DNA from: Granulicella sp.
GTDB lineage: Bacteria > Acidobacteriota > Terriglobia > Terriglobales > Acidobacteriaceae
Reading direction: 5' to 3'
DNA: 47,712 bases
NCBI GenBank assembly: GCA_003142215.1
Contig: PLOT01000126.1
Span: 5,968 to 53,679 of the forward strand
Notes under the pieces: model-generated
What the model was told of the DNA's origin: nothing
What the model saw: only the letters and a program-made list of their open reading frames with translations
The model's database searches: none
Part shown: positions 1 through 10,900 of the stretch, one piece after another
Layout: the number at the start of each line of letters is the position of its first letter
How positions within the stretch are numbered: the stretch's first letter is position 1
Made by a program: the position numbers and the translations under genes

Positions 1-992
1 GCCCGGCGCAGCACTCCTAGCGACTCGTCGTAGGTCTGCAGCGGGACCGGAAATGGGTGGCCGTCCTTGCCACCATGCGCAAACGAAAATCGCGCCGGGT
101 CCGAAAACCGACTGGGTGCACCGTGTACAACCTCGGCAATCAAGGCCAGCGATTGCAAGGTGCGTGGGCCCAGGCCCTCCACCAGCAGGAGCGACGCGAA
201 GTCGCGGAGTTGCTGGTCATGGGCGACCGCCAGAACAGCACCAAGCCGCTTCAGGTCCACATCGGCGGAACGGACATCATGGTGCGATGGCATCGTAAGT
301 TTGCGGGCGTCCTGTAGCGAGGATTCGACCGGTTCCTTCGCAATCGCGAGCAACGCCTGTTGAGCCCTGTCGGCTCGGGCATCGACCAGATTGAGAATCG
401 TCCCTTGAGGTTGGCCGACAATCGCCGTGTGCGGATCGGAGACGAAGTCACGCACGGTGGTGGAGTGCCAGTGGTAGCGCCGAGCTAGATGGCTGGCCGG
501 ATTCATGCCTTGTTGTACGACGGACCATTCCCCCGACTTGTGGATCACGAAGGAGTGCAGGTAAAGCTGAAAGCCATCGGCAATGGCGTTATTGTCCACA
601 CGAGCCGTGAGTCGACTGGTGCGAGCGAGTTCATCGCCGTTCAGCCCAGTGCGACCGGAGAAGGCTCGCAGCTCATCGGGTGTCCGAACAGAGTGTCGGC
701 CACGCCCGCCGCATATTGCGAAGCCAAGCTCGGAGAACCGAGGATTGAGTCCGCGCTTCAATGCTCCCATCACAGAGGTCGTGATTCCGGAAGAATGCCA
801 ATCCATGCCCATCGTGCAACCGAGAGCCTGGAACCAGAACGGATCGCTCAGGCGCGTGAGGAACTCCGACGGTCCGTACGACAGCACGACGTTCTCGACG
901 ATGGCAGTCCCAAGCTGGGTCATGCGTTCTGCCAGCCAAGGCGGTATGCGTCCACCGTGGAGAGGAAGATCGGCAGTGCCGGAACGCTTCAC
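1..992 (-). CDS. DUF763 domain-containing protein, 3' end runs off the window
   Basis: Not in the ORF track because it has no stop in the window. Manual - strand translation from GTG 992 gives VKRSGTADLPLHGGRIPPWLAERM...LSDPFWFQALGCTMGMDWHSSGITT...VDNNAIADGFQLYLH...DPARFSFAHGGKDGHPFPVP, motifs characteristic of DUF763. Confidence 0.88.
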   Translation of the reverse strand, partial: MKRSGTADLPLHGGRIPPWLAERMTQLGTAIVENVVLSYGPSEFLTRLSDPFWFQALGCTMGMDWHSSGITTSVMGALKRGLNPRFSELGFAICGGRGRHSVRTPDELRAFSGRTGLNGDELARTSRLTARVDNNAIADGFQLYLHSFVIHKSGEWSVVQQGMNPASHLARRYHWHSTTVRDFVSDPHTAIVGQPQGTILNLVDARADRAQQALLAIAKEPVESSLQDARKLTMPSHHDVRSADVDLKRLGAVLAVAHDQQLRDFASLLLVEGLGPRTLQSLALIAEVVHGAPSRFSDPARFSFAHGGKDGHPFPVPLQTYDESLGVLRR

Positions 993-1322
993 ATGTCTAT
1001 TGTCACCTGAGCGGAGGCGCGGCCTGAAATGAAGTGATTTGCGGAATCCGTCTTTTGGATCCTAAGTAGAACGTCTTCCCGCGCTCAGTCCAGGAGGACC
1101 ATCGCAATGCAAGTTCAACCGGCACCACCAGCATCGTCTACACCAGCCGTGCTGTCAGCCCCCGTCCCCGCGCAGATTCCAACTGCACAAGCCACCCCCA
1201 CATCGCCCGCAGCACCGGCGCACCAGCCCAGGCCGTGTCACCCGCGGCGACTGGATCGCACGTGTCCACCCGCCCCGTACCGCCCACGCCACCAGCGCAG
1301 CGGGAAAGCTCCGGAGGATTGC

Positions 1323-1958
1323 TCAGTGTCTGCCGATGTGCCAGAGAAGGCCGCAAGCGAGCCGCAGGTCGTTCTGTGTGTTGGAGGCGCTGTTGGGCAG
1401 CGCAGTCCTAACGTAGTCCACCTCCAGCAAGCGCACGCCGAAGTTCTTGGAGAAGAACAGATTGAGACCTGCGCCGGCCTGGAGGGCAAACGATGCGGCG
1501 CTGGAGGTGGTTCCCGCGGTGGCTGGGAAGATGCCGTTGAAGGCACGAACGCCGCCGAAGAGCCCCTGCCCGTAGAGTTGCATGCGGCGCACATCGGTAG
1601 TGGCGGCGTGGCCGGTCCAGGCGGTATAGGTATAACGCGGACCGGCCATGAATGCGACCTTGTTCACATCCACTCCGGGCGCGAAGTTGGAGGCATGGTC
1701 TCCGGTCACGCTGGCGGCGATGCCCAGGCCACTTCTGAAAGTCACTGCCACGTCTGCGCTGCCTCCCTGCAGCCAGGAACAACCGCAGTTTCCGGGCGCG
1801 AGTTCTGCCCGCTCCGTCGCGTAGGTTACGGCCAGGTCGGTGGAGACAATGGCCGGGCTTGCGCCGGAATAGGGCAGTTGCGCCCAGGCGGTAGCTCCGG
1901 CCAGCATGCACGCGCTCACTAGGAGCGCCCTTCCGCGGATCGATCGACGCATTTTCAT
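1323..1958 (-). CDS. Small outer-membrane beta-barrel protein
   Basis: Sec signal (…ALLVSACMLAGATAWA-Q), alternating beta-strands (FMAGPRYTY, FALQAGAGLNL, VRLLEVDYVRT, QNDLRLACGLLWH). AAGGAG RBS precedes ATG 1958; the track start 1973 overlaps the upstream stop. Confidence 0.8.
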   Translation of the reverse strand: MKMRRSIRGRALLVSACMLAGATAWAQLPYSGASPAIVSTDLAVTYATERAELAPGNCGCSWLQGGSADVAVTFRSGLGIAASVTGDHASNFAPGVDVNKVAFMAGPRYTYTAWTGHAATTDVRRMQLYGQGLFGGVRAFNGIFPATAGTTSSAASFALQAGAGLNLFFSKNFGVRLLEVDYVRTALPNSASNTQNDLRLACGLLWHIGRH

Positions 1959-1969
1959 CCGTCTCCTTG

Positions 1970-4900
1970 TCACTCAACCGTGAGGGTCACGGTGGTGGAG
2001 TGCGACAGCGCGCCCGAGGATCCGGTCACCGTCACCGTGTACGTTGTTTGTTGCTGGCCGAAGAAGCCGCTGGCGGAGCCGCATCCACTCAGTCCAACTG
2101 CTGCGGAAAGGGTTACGCCGAGCAACAACAGCAGCGAGACCGTGCGGCCAAACCGTCTGCCCGCGCGGCGCAATCGGCCCGCGAAGGGCAGTAGCAGCAG
2201 CGCCAGAGCGAACGGCGCCAACCGGCGGCCCAGGTCATGGGTGGGATGCAGGGCTGCCGCAGTCTGCGGCAACTGGATGGTCAGCGTCACTGTCGTCGTC
2301 CCCGAACCCGCAGGCAGCGTGGCCGGCGAGAAGATCGCTATCGCGCCTGGTGGCAGGCCACTGACAGACAGCGTCACCGCCGCCGGGAAGGTAGTCGCGT
2401 TGATTGGGCTCACGATCAAGGTGAAGACGGCTGTACCACCCGGCAACGCCGTCACCGAGGTGATCGAACTGGATCCGCTGGTAACCGAGATGGCAAGGTC
2501 GAAGTCGTCGATCACCTCGGTTAGCGCCGAGCTGGTTGCCGAGACGAAGTTGCCATCGCCGCCGTAGACCGCCGTGATTGTGTGCGAGCCAACCGCCAGG
2601 CCCGACGTGGTCAGGGTTGCCACTCCGCCAGCCAGTGTGGCCGTGCCCAGCGGCGTCGAACCATCCAGGAATGTCACCGTGCCGGTTGGCGATCCGGTCG
2701 CCGAGGAGACCGTCGCCGTCAACGTCACCGCGTTCTGGACCAGCACTGGGTTGGAGGAGGATGCCAGCCCAATCGCCGCCGGCGCGGCTTTGCCGATTGT
2801 CAGGGTCTGCGTGACCTCGGTCGCCGCCTGCCAGAGCGTATTGCCCGCCTGGTCGGCGGCAATCACCACCGATCCAGCGCCGGTCGCCGTCAGCACGTTC
2901 CCGTTGAGCGTCGCCGGACCGGACTTGACGGTAAACGTAACCGGCAGGCCCGAAGTGGCTGTTGCGCTCAGCGTGATCGGCGCAGCGCCATACGTCACGG
3001 GCGTCAGCGAGTTGAAGGCGATGGTCTGCGCCTGCTGTCCCACCTGCACCTGGAAGCTCAATGCGGTGGCTGCGCTGTAGTCGGTGTCGCCCGCATAGGT
3101 CACCGCAACCGTGTAGAGTCCCGAGGCCTGCGTGCTGGGAATGCTCACGGTGGCCGTGCCGCTGGAGATTGCCGCCAACTGGGCGTTGCCTGTGCCGATC
3201 GTGTAGCTGATGGTCCCAGTCGGCGTTGCAATCCCCGTGCCCGAGTATTGTCCCGCCACCGTCACCGGAATCGATCCCGCCTGGTTGAAGACCACCTGCA
3301 CCGGCTGCGCCGACAACGCCGGTCCGGTCAACGAAGACGTGGCCTTGGCGATGGTCAGTGTGCCGTTGGCGAAGCTGAAGGTGTAGTTGGTCGCGGCCAG
3401 CGTTCCCTGCGCCGCGGTGATGGTGTAGCCGCCCACCGCGCTCGGTGCGGACGGCACGGTCGTCAACGATGCCGAACCGGTCACGGACGATGCCGCCGTG
3501 TCCGCACCTTGGAAGCCGGTGATCGCCGCCGTGTATGCCGGGACCGCCGCGCCGTAGGCGATGACCGGCGAGTTCGCCGTTACCAGAAGCGACGCCTTGT
3601 TCACGGCCAGCGTGACCTTGGCCGTGGCTGTGGCGTAGTTGGTGGTGTTGGTCGGGGTGAAGGTAACCGAGAGCGTCTGCGAACCCGCCGTCAGCACCGC
3701 TCCGGCAGCCGGGCTATAGGCAAATGTTCCGGCCACGGTTGAGCTGGCGTCGAGCTGGGTTGCGCCGAGCGCCGTGCCGTAGGAGATCGCTGCTGGAGTC
3801 GGCCAGGTGATGGCAGGGGTGGCCTGGTTGACCACGATGCTCTGCGTCACCTGCGTCGCAGCCGCGTAGTTGGCGTTGCCCGCCTGATTGGCGGCTACTA
3901 CTACCGTTCCAACTCCGTTGATCGTAAGCGTACTGCCGTTGGTTCCGCTGACCGTTCCCGGCCCGGAGACGACGCTGAAGGCCACCGTGTTGCCCGATGC
4001 GCCACCCGTCGCGCTGAGCGGGATGGTCATGCCCGAAGAATAAGTGACCGGCGTGGTGGGTTGCGTGAAGGTGATGGCCTGCGCGATCGCATTGACCACG
4101 ACGCTCCTTTGCACCTGCGTTGCGGCGGAGTAGTTAGCGTTGCCCGCCTGATTGGCGTCGATGACCAGAGTGCCGACGCTAGTAACAGTGAGCGTGCTGC
4201 CGGCGATGCTGCCGGTTCCGGTGCTGCTTGCGTCGATGGCGAAGACCACCGCATTGTTGGAGGCCCCGCCGGTGGCAACCAGCGTGATGGGTGAGACGCC
4301 GTAGGTCACAGGCGATGTTGGCGTGGTGAAGCTGATAGTCTGCGTGGCCTGGTTGATGACAATACTTTGCGTCACCTGCGTCGCCGCCGAGTAGTTGGTG
4401 TTGGCCGCCTGGTTGGCGGCCAACACCAGCGTTCCAACTCCGGCGATCGTCAGCGTGCTGCCGCTGACCGTTCCCGATCCGGAGACAACGCTGAAGGTTA
4501 TCGCCAATCCGGAGGTGGAAGTAGCCGAGAGGGAGATCGGCGCGACACCATAGTTGACGGGCGATGCGGGCGCACTGAAGGTGATGGTCTGAGATACTTT
4601 AGCTACAGTAACCGTAGCGGTTTGCGTGCCCGCTGTGTAGTTGCCCGCTGCGAGCTGACTTGCCTGAAGTACGACACTTCCCGCGCCCGTCAGCGTCACC
4701 GTCGAGCCGGAGATGGTCGCTGGCCCGCTCACCACCAAGTAGGCAATCGCCCCGGATGAACTTGATGTCGCTGCCACCGTGAACGGCGCGTCGCCGTAGG
4801 TATGGTTCGGAACGGTGAAGGTGATAGTTGGTGTTGTCTGATTGACTACGATGCTCTGCGTTACCTGGGTCGCAGCCGCGTAGTAGGCGTTGCCCGCCTG

Positions 4901-7900
4901 ATTGGCGGCTACTACTACCGTTCCAACTCCGTTGATCGTAAGCGTACTGCCGTTGGTTCCGCTGACCGTTCCCGGCCCGGAGACGACGCTGAAAACTACT
5001 GCATTGCCCGATCCGCCGCCGGTGGCGCTGATCGTGTAGGTGAGCCCTGAGCTGTAAGTCGCCGAGGTAGGCAGGCTGTCGGTGAAGGTAATCGTTTGCG
5101 TCGTCAGGGCAATGCCGGAGCCGGAGAGCGAGACCGTTTGGGGGCTGCTGGGAGCGTTGTCCGTGATGGTGAGAGCAGCAACTGACGCCGCGCCCAACGT
5201 GACGGGATTGAAGGTCAGTATGACGGTGCAACTTGCGCCCGCAGCCAGCGTGGGATTCAAGCACGTCGACGAGGCACTGATGGAGTAGGGGCTGCCCGTC
5301 GTCACCGCCAGGGATGCGATGGTGATAGAACTGGTCTGGTTGTTCGTCAGGGTGACAGTCTGGGTGGGGCTGGTCGTGTTCACCGTAACCGAGCCGAAGT
5401 TCAGCGAGGACGCTGATAGCGTGACCGGGGCAATGCCGGTGCCGCTGCCGGAGAGCGAGACTGTTTGCGGGCTGTTTGGCGCATCGTCGCCGATGTTCAA
5501 GGTGCCCGGCGTCGCACCCAGCAGGGTCGGAGTAAAGGTAAGAGCGAGGGTGCAACTGCCCGCGGCAGCCACAGGAGTTCCGACGGCGCAGGTTGTGCCG
5601 GTGGAGACAATGGCATAGGGTGCCGCGACCGCGATGGAGCTAAAATGCAGCGCAACCGCCTGATTGTTCGTCAGGGTGACAGTCTGGGTGGCGCTGGTCG
5701 TGTTCACCGTAACCGGGCCGAAGTTCAGCGAGGACGCTGATAGCGTGACATTCGGCAAATTCGTCACCAGGCCATCTGTGACGTGGATGGTCTCGGCGAT
5801 ATTCAAGATGGTCGCTGGAGTATCCGACTGCGCATCGGTGACGTGGATCGACTCGGTAATCGCCAGTACGGTCGGGGCCACTCCAATTCCTGTGCCTGTC
5901 AGGTGCGACAACTGCGGCGTGTTGGGCGCATTGTCCGCGACGGAGACATACGCCGAGAAGGGTGTGGTTACAGAATTGACAACGAGGCTGTCGGAGGTCG
6001 GCGTGAAGCTGACCGGGATGGTGCAGTGCGCCAGCGGTGCCAGCGTAGTTCCGCAGGTCGTTGTGCCGACGGCGAATTGGCTAGTATCTGTGCCGGTCAG
6101 GGTGATGGAAGAGATCGTCAGCGGCACGACGCCAGTGCTGGTCAGAGTGAGGTTTTTGACGGCGCTGGTGATTCCGACGTTCTGCTGGCCGAAGTTGAGC
6201 TGATCTTCCACCAGGATCGCGTTTGGCGTACCCGTCAACCCGGTCATGCCCGCGGTCTGCGTCGCCGGAGTCCCGCTCACCATGTCCGAGACAGTCACTG
6301 TGGCGATGAATTGGCCAAGTATGGTTGGAGTAAATGTGACCGCTATCTGGCAAGTGGAGTTGGCCGCCAGCGTTGCTCCGCAGTTGTTGGTCTGCGCGAA
6401 GACGGAGGCACCGCTCCCGGTGACGAGGATGCTGGTGATGGGGAGGCTGCTCGATGTGTTATTGCTCAACGTAAAGTTTTGCGCGGCCGTTGTGACATTC
6501 ACCATGCTGGCAAAGCTGAGCAGGGGCGGCAGCAGCGTCACCTGGGCGGCCGTCCCGCTGGAGGTGCCGTACAGGTTGATGGTCTGGGTTGGCAGCGCTC
6601 CATTGTCGGAAACCTGGTCTGTGTCGAACAGCGGGTTACCGGCCACGGTGGGTGTGAAGTCGATGCTGTATGGGCACTCCGTGCCGGGCGCAAGCCCGGT
6701 GCTGTTGAGCAGGATGCAGTCCGGCGCCGAGACATCGCGGGTGAAGTCCGGGGTGGAAATGCCGTAGGCGATTGGACTGGTGAAGGGGGCATTGAAGGTA
6801 AGCGGGCCGGTATTGCCGGCGTTCAACACGGTGACGGTCATCGGTCCAGTCACGCTGCCCGTCGGCAACTGCACGAAGGTTCCGTTAGAGTACCAGGGCG
6901 AGAATTCTAGGGTGGATTTGGAGACATCGATCTTGCGCACCCCACGCGACATCTCCATGATGTAGACATTGCCCAGGCCGTCCACGCGGACAAGCTCAGG
7001 TAGAGCCAGCGAGGCCAGGTTTGCCGAGCCGTACCCGAAATCCCCAAATCCGCCGAAGTCGCCCGAGGTGAAGTTGTACCCACTGCTCTGGCCGACGATC
7101 GTGGTGATGGTCTGCGTCGCCTGGTCCACACGTCGCACATCGCAGGCGGTGTTGTCCTCGAGGTAGAGATTGTTGGCCGCGTCCAGGGCAATGCCCCCCA
7201 GTCCGCCGAAGCCCGCGGACAAGGCCGTGCCGCCATCGCCGACATCGCCGTAGCAGGTCTGGTACTGGTAGGGGCTTGCCACCCCGCTGCCAGCCACCGT
7301 GGTGATGATGTGGGTCGAGGCATTCACCATCCGCACCTGGAGACCTTCATCGATGTAGAGATTGCCGTTGCTGTCGAAGGCAATATCGCCGGGGATGATC
7401 TTGGCCGAAGTCGCCAGGCCATTGTCTCCGCTGTGACCATAAGTCCCGTTGCCAGCGTAGATGGTGACAATGCCGGTTTTGGCGTCCATGCGGCGTACCA
7501 CGGCGTTGTAGACCGCCGATTCAGTTCCGTTCACAATCGGACCAAAAACATATCTGTCGGCGAAGTAGAGGTTGCCCGCCTGGTCGAGCGCGATGCCGGA
7601 GACTCCGTCGAGCGTGGCGTTTGTGCCCGTGCAGCCGTCGCCAAACGAGTCCGTCTGTCCGGGGCAGCCCACGCCGGTGGTCGTACCGGCGCCGCTATTC
7701 GTCCAAGTCACCGAACCATCCACGACGGTCTGGCCCGCGACATTGGCACTGACAAACGACGGTACTGTCCCGCCGGAGGTGCCACCCTGCGTCACGGTGA
7801 AGAGGAAATTCACGTTGTGGGTTCCGGGGCCGGGTACGTTCGGCACGGCGAGGTTCTCCTGAATGATGCTGCCCGGATAGAAGTAGGTGTTGGATTCCCA

Positions 7901-10900
7901 TCCATTGCCCTGGCCGCCGGTGTTGCTGAGGTTGCCCAGGACCGATGTAATGATCTTGCTGACGGGGTTGATGTAGCGGATGCTGGGCGCGCTGTTGGCC
8001 GGGTTGTCTCCAATGTAAAGGCCGCCCACGCTGTCTACTGCCAGCGGTCCGCCGTCCTCGACATTCGCACCCAGCGCAGCCCCTCCGTTTCCGTCGAGGT
8101 ACTGGTCATACCCACCGCATTGAAAGGGATTGCCGGCAAAGAGATGGATGTTGCCTTGCGGATCGACACGCCAGATGAGGAAGTTCATGCTGTCGGATAG
8201 ATATAGATTACCCGCCTGATCCAGGGCCATGCCGTTCAGGAATCCTACATACGCATTGGCTGCCAGGATTCCGTCTTCTCCGACGACTCCGGTACAGACG
8301 GCCCCGCTGCCGCCCACATAATTGCTGATGATTCCAGGCGTCAGCGCCGCCACCGGGCCCGTTCCCGTGCCGGTGAGAGCAAAGGCGTACGGCGTGCCTC
8401 CGCCTTCCGTGGTGGTTACCACCAGAGGCGCGTTGCGGAACCCCGGCGCGGTGGGAGTAAAGGTCACCGGGATCGAGCAGACGGTTGTGGAGGGATTCAC
8501 GGTCGTGCCATCCACAGTGCATCCGCTGATGGTTCCCAGCGCGTACTCCGTAAACCCGGTCTGCATGGCGATCGACTTGAGAGCAAGGCTATTGTTCAAC
8601 TGCAAGGTGACGGTCTGCGTGGTGCTTTGCCCCACCGCAGTCGCAGGAAACGTCGCGTTGCCGATGGTGAAGCTCGATCTTCCCGCCGGCGTGAAGCTCG
8701 AACCGACCAGGTTCACGTTCTGCGAGGCGTAGAAGGCTCTGAGGGCTGATCCGCCGGAGTTGTCGTTGACACTCAGCGTCGCGGTAAAGTATCCCGGCAT
8801 GGTGGGCGAGATGGCTACCGAGACGGTGCAATTGGCACTGATGGCCAGCGTCGCGCCGCAGGTGGTGCCAACTACGCTGAACATATCCGCCTCATTGCCG
8901 GAGAAAGTGAAGGCTGCCGTCCCAGTTCCGGTATAGTAGCCAAAACATTGTGGAGACGGGCTTGGCGCGACAATTGCCGTGCTGCAAAAAGTCAGCGGAG
9001 CGGTTCCCGTGTTGGTCACGGTCACGATGCTGGCGGCGCTGCTCGCGCCCGGAGCAGTAAGTGGGAATTGGATGCTGGAGACCGAAAGGTTCGCCACCGG
9101 CGCGGTCCCCGTGCCATTCAAGGTTGCAGTCTGCGTGCCGCCTCCGCTGCTGGCGTTATCGGTGACGGTGAGCGTCATGGTCTGCAGACCTGTCGCGGTG
9201 GCGGAGTAGGTGACGGAAAGCGTGCAAGTGGAGTGGGCCGCCAGCAGCGTGCCGCAGTTGTCGGTCTCTTTGAAGGGGGGGACATTATATTGGTTGGGGT
9301 TGATGGAAGAGATCGTCAGATTTACATTGCTGGTATTGGCCAGAGTCAGGGTCTGCGCGGCGCCGTAGCCCATCTGGACCACTCCCGTGAAGTTGAGCGG
9401 CCCGCCGGTCAACGTGGCCGTGGGCAGCGGACCGGCTCCCGTCCCCGATAGCTGAACGTGGTTGCTGGCGCTGTTGCTGTAGTCCGTCTGGGTGAAAGGC
9501 AACCCGCCCGTGGAATCGGCGATGGGCTGAAAGACAAAGGACGTTCCGCAGGTATCGCCTGGACTCAGTGCAAAGTACGATTGGTTGTTGCTGCAGTCGT
9601 TGCTGTTGAGATTCGGGTTGAAGGGGTTGGCGTTTGGATTGGTGTACGGCGTCGTCGCAAAGGGCGGCGTAACGGTGAAATAGCCGGAGTAATTTCCCTG
9701 AAGCCCACTCATCGCTGGATTGCTCGGGACGATGATGTCCTCGTCCGTCACGATGGCCGTCTGCGCGGGGCTGGTGTTGCCGACATTGACCGATCCAAAG
9801 GCAAAACTGGTCTGCGATCCATCCACGAAGCGGACTCCATCGGCCTCCAGAAGGTAGAGGTTCCCCGTTCCATCCACAACCAGCCCGGGCGCGCCATTGA
9901 GTCCGGCCTCGGTTGCCGCTCCGCCGTCTCCAGAGGCGGTGCAGCTTCCGTTCCCCGCAACCGGCAGCATTGCCGGAGTGGTCATTCCATACTGCGTGGT
10001 TGGGTTGTACTGCAAAACCGTGCAGCTTCCCTGCAACGTGAAATAAATATCGTCGCTCGCATCCACGGAGAGACCCGGTGGGCTCGTCGCCGCCTGGTAG
10101 AGGGTGCCAATGTTGCCCGTCACCGCATCCACGCGCCGCACACTCTGGTTCTGACTGTCGGCAAAGTAGAGATCGCCGGCCGAATCCACCGTGACTGCCA
10201 GCGGAAGATTCAAGTTGGCCGCGCTCGCCAACCCGCCGTCGCCGTTGCCGGTCGCGGGCAGATTGCCCAGGCCGCCCGCGATGGTGTAAATGTCGCCTGC
10301 CGTCGCCGTTGCGGCGCTTGTGTACTCTGTGGCGATCAGGCCGGCAAGCGGCGTGCCGCCCATGTAGACCACGCGAATCGCATTGTTGCCGCTGTCCGCG
10401 ATATAGATGTTTCCATTGCCATCCACCGCAATGCCGGCAGGATTGTAGAGCTGCGCCAACGTGGCAGCGCCTTGATCGCCGGAGAAGCAGCAGCCGGAGG
10501 ATGTGGCAACGCCGCCGTTGTTCAGCGTGCCCGCCACCGTGTTGATGATGCCCGTCGTCGCGCTCACCATGCGCACGGCGCTGTTGCCGGTATCGGCAAT
10601 ATACAGATTTCCCGCGGCATCGAGCGCGATGCCGGATGGCCCATTCAACGGAGACGCCGTCGCCGCGACGCCATCCACGCCCGCTCCAGCCGTACTGGCG
10701 CTGCCGGTGGGCGCAATGCCCGCAACGGTATAGATTTTGCCTGCTACGGGACTGGCTACATTGGGAATGCCGCCCGCCTTGTATACGACGCGCACCACAT
10801 TGTTTCCCGTGTCGGCAATGTAGATGTTGCCAAGCCCGTCCACGGCGATCGCGGCTGGATTGTTGAAGACAGCGCCACTGGCCACGCCTCCATCGCCCGC

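Noticed and set aside
53-1032. + strand ORFs 53-298, 57-317, 489-1010, 583-1032
   Set aside because: Antisense shadows of the DUF763 gene that runs off the left edge.
1107-1922. 271-aa Pro/Ala-rich + strand ORF preceded by AGGAGG
   Set aside because: The RBS is good, but most of the ORF is antisense to the beta-barrel gene and has no recognisable domain. At most a short or frameshifted peptide gene, which I cannot support.
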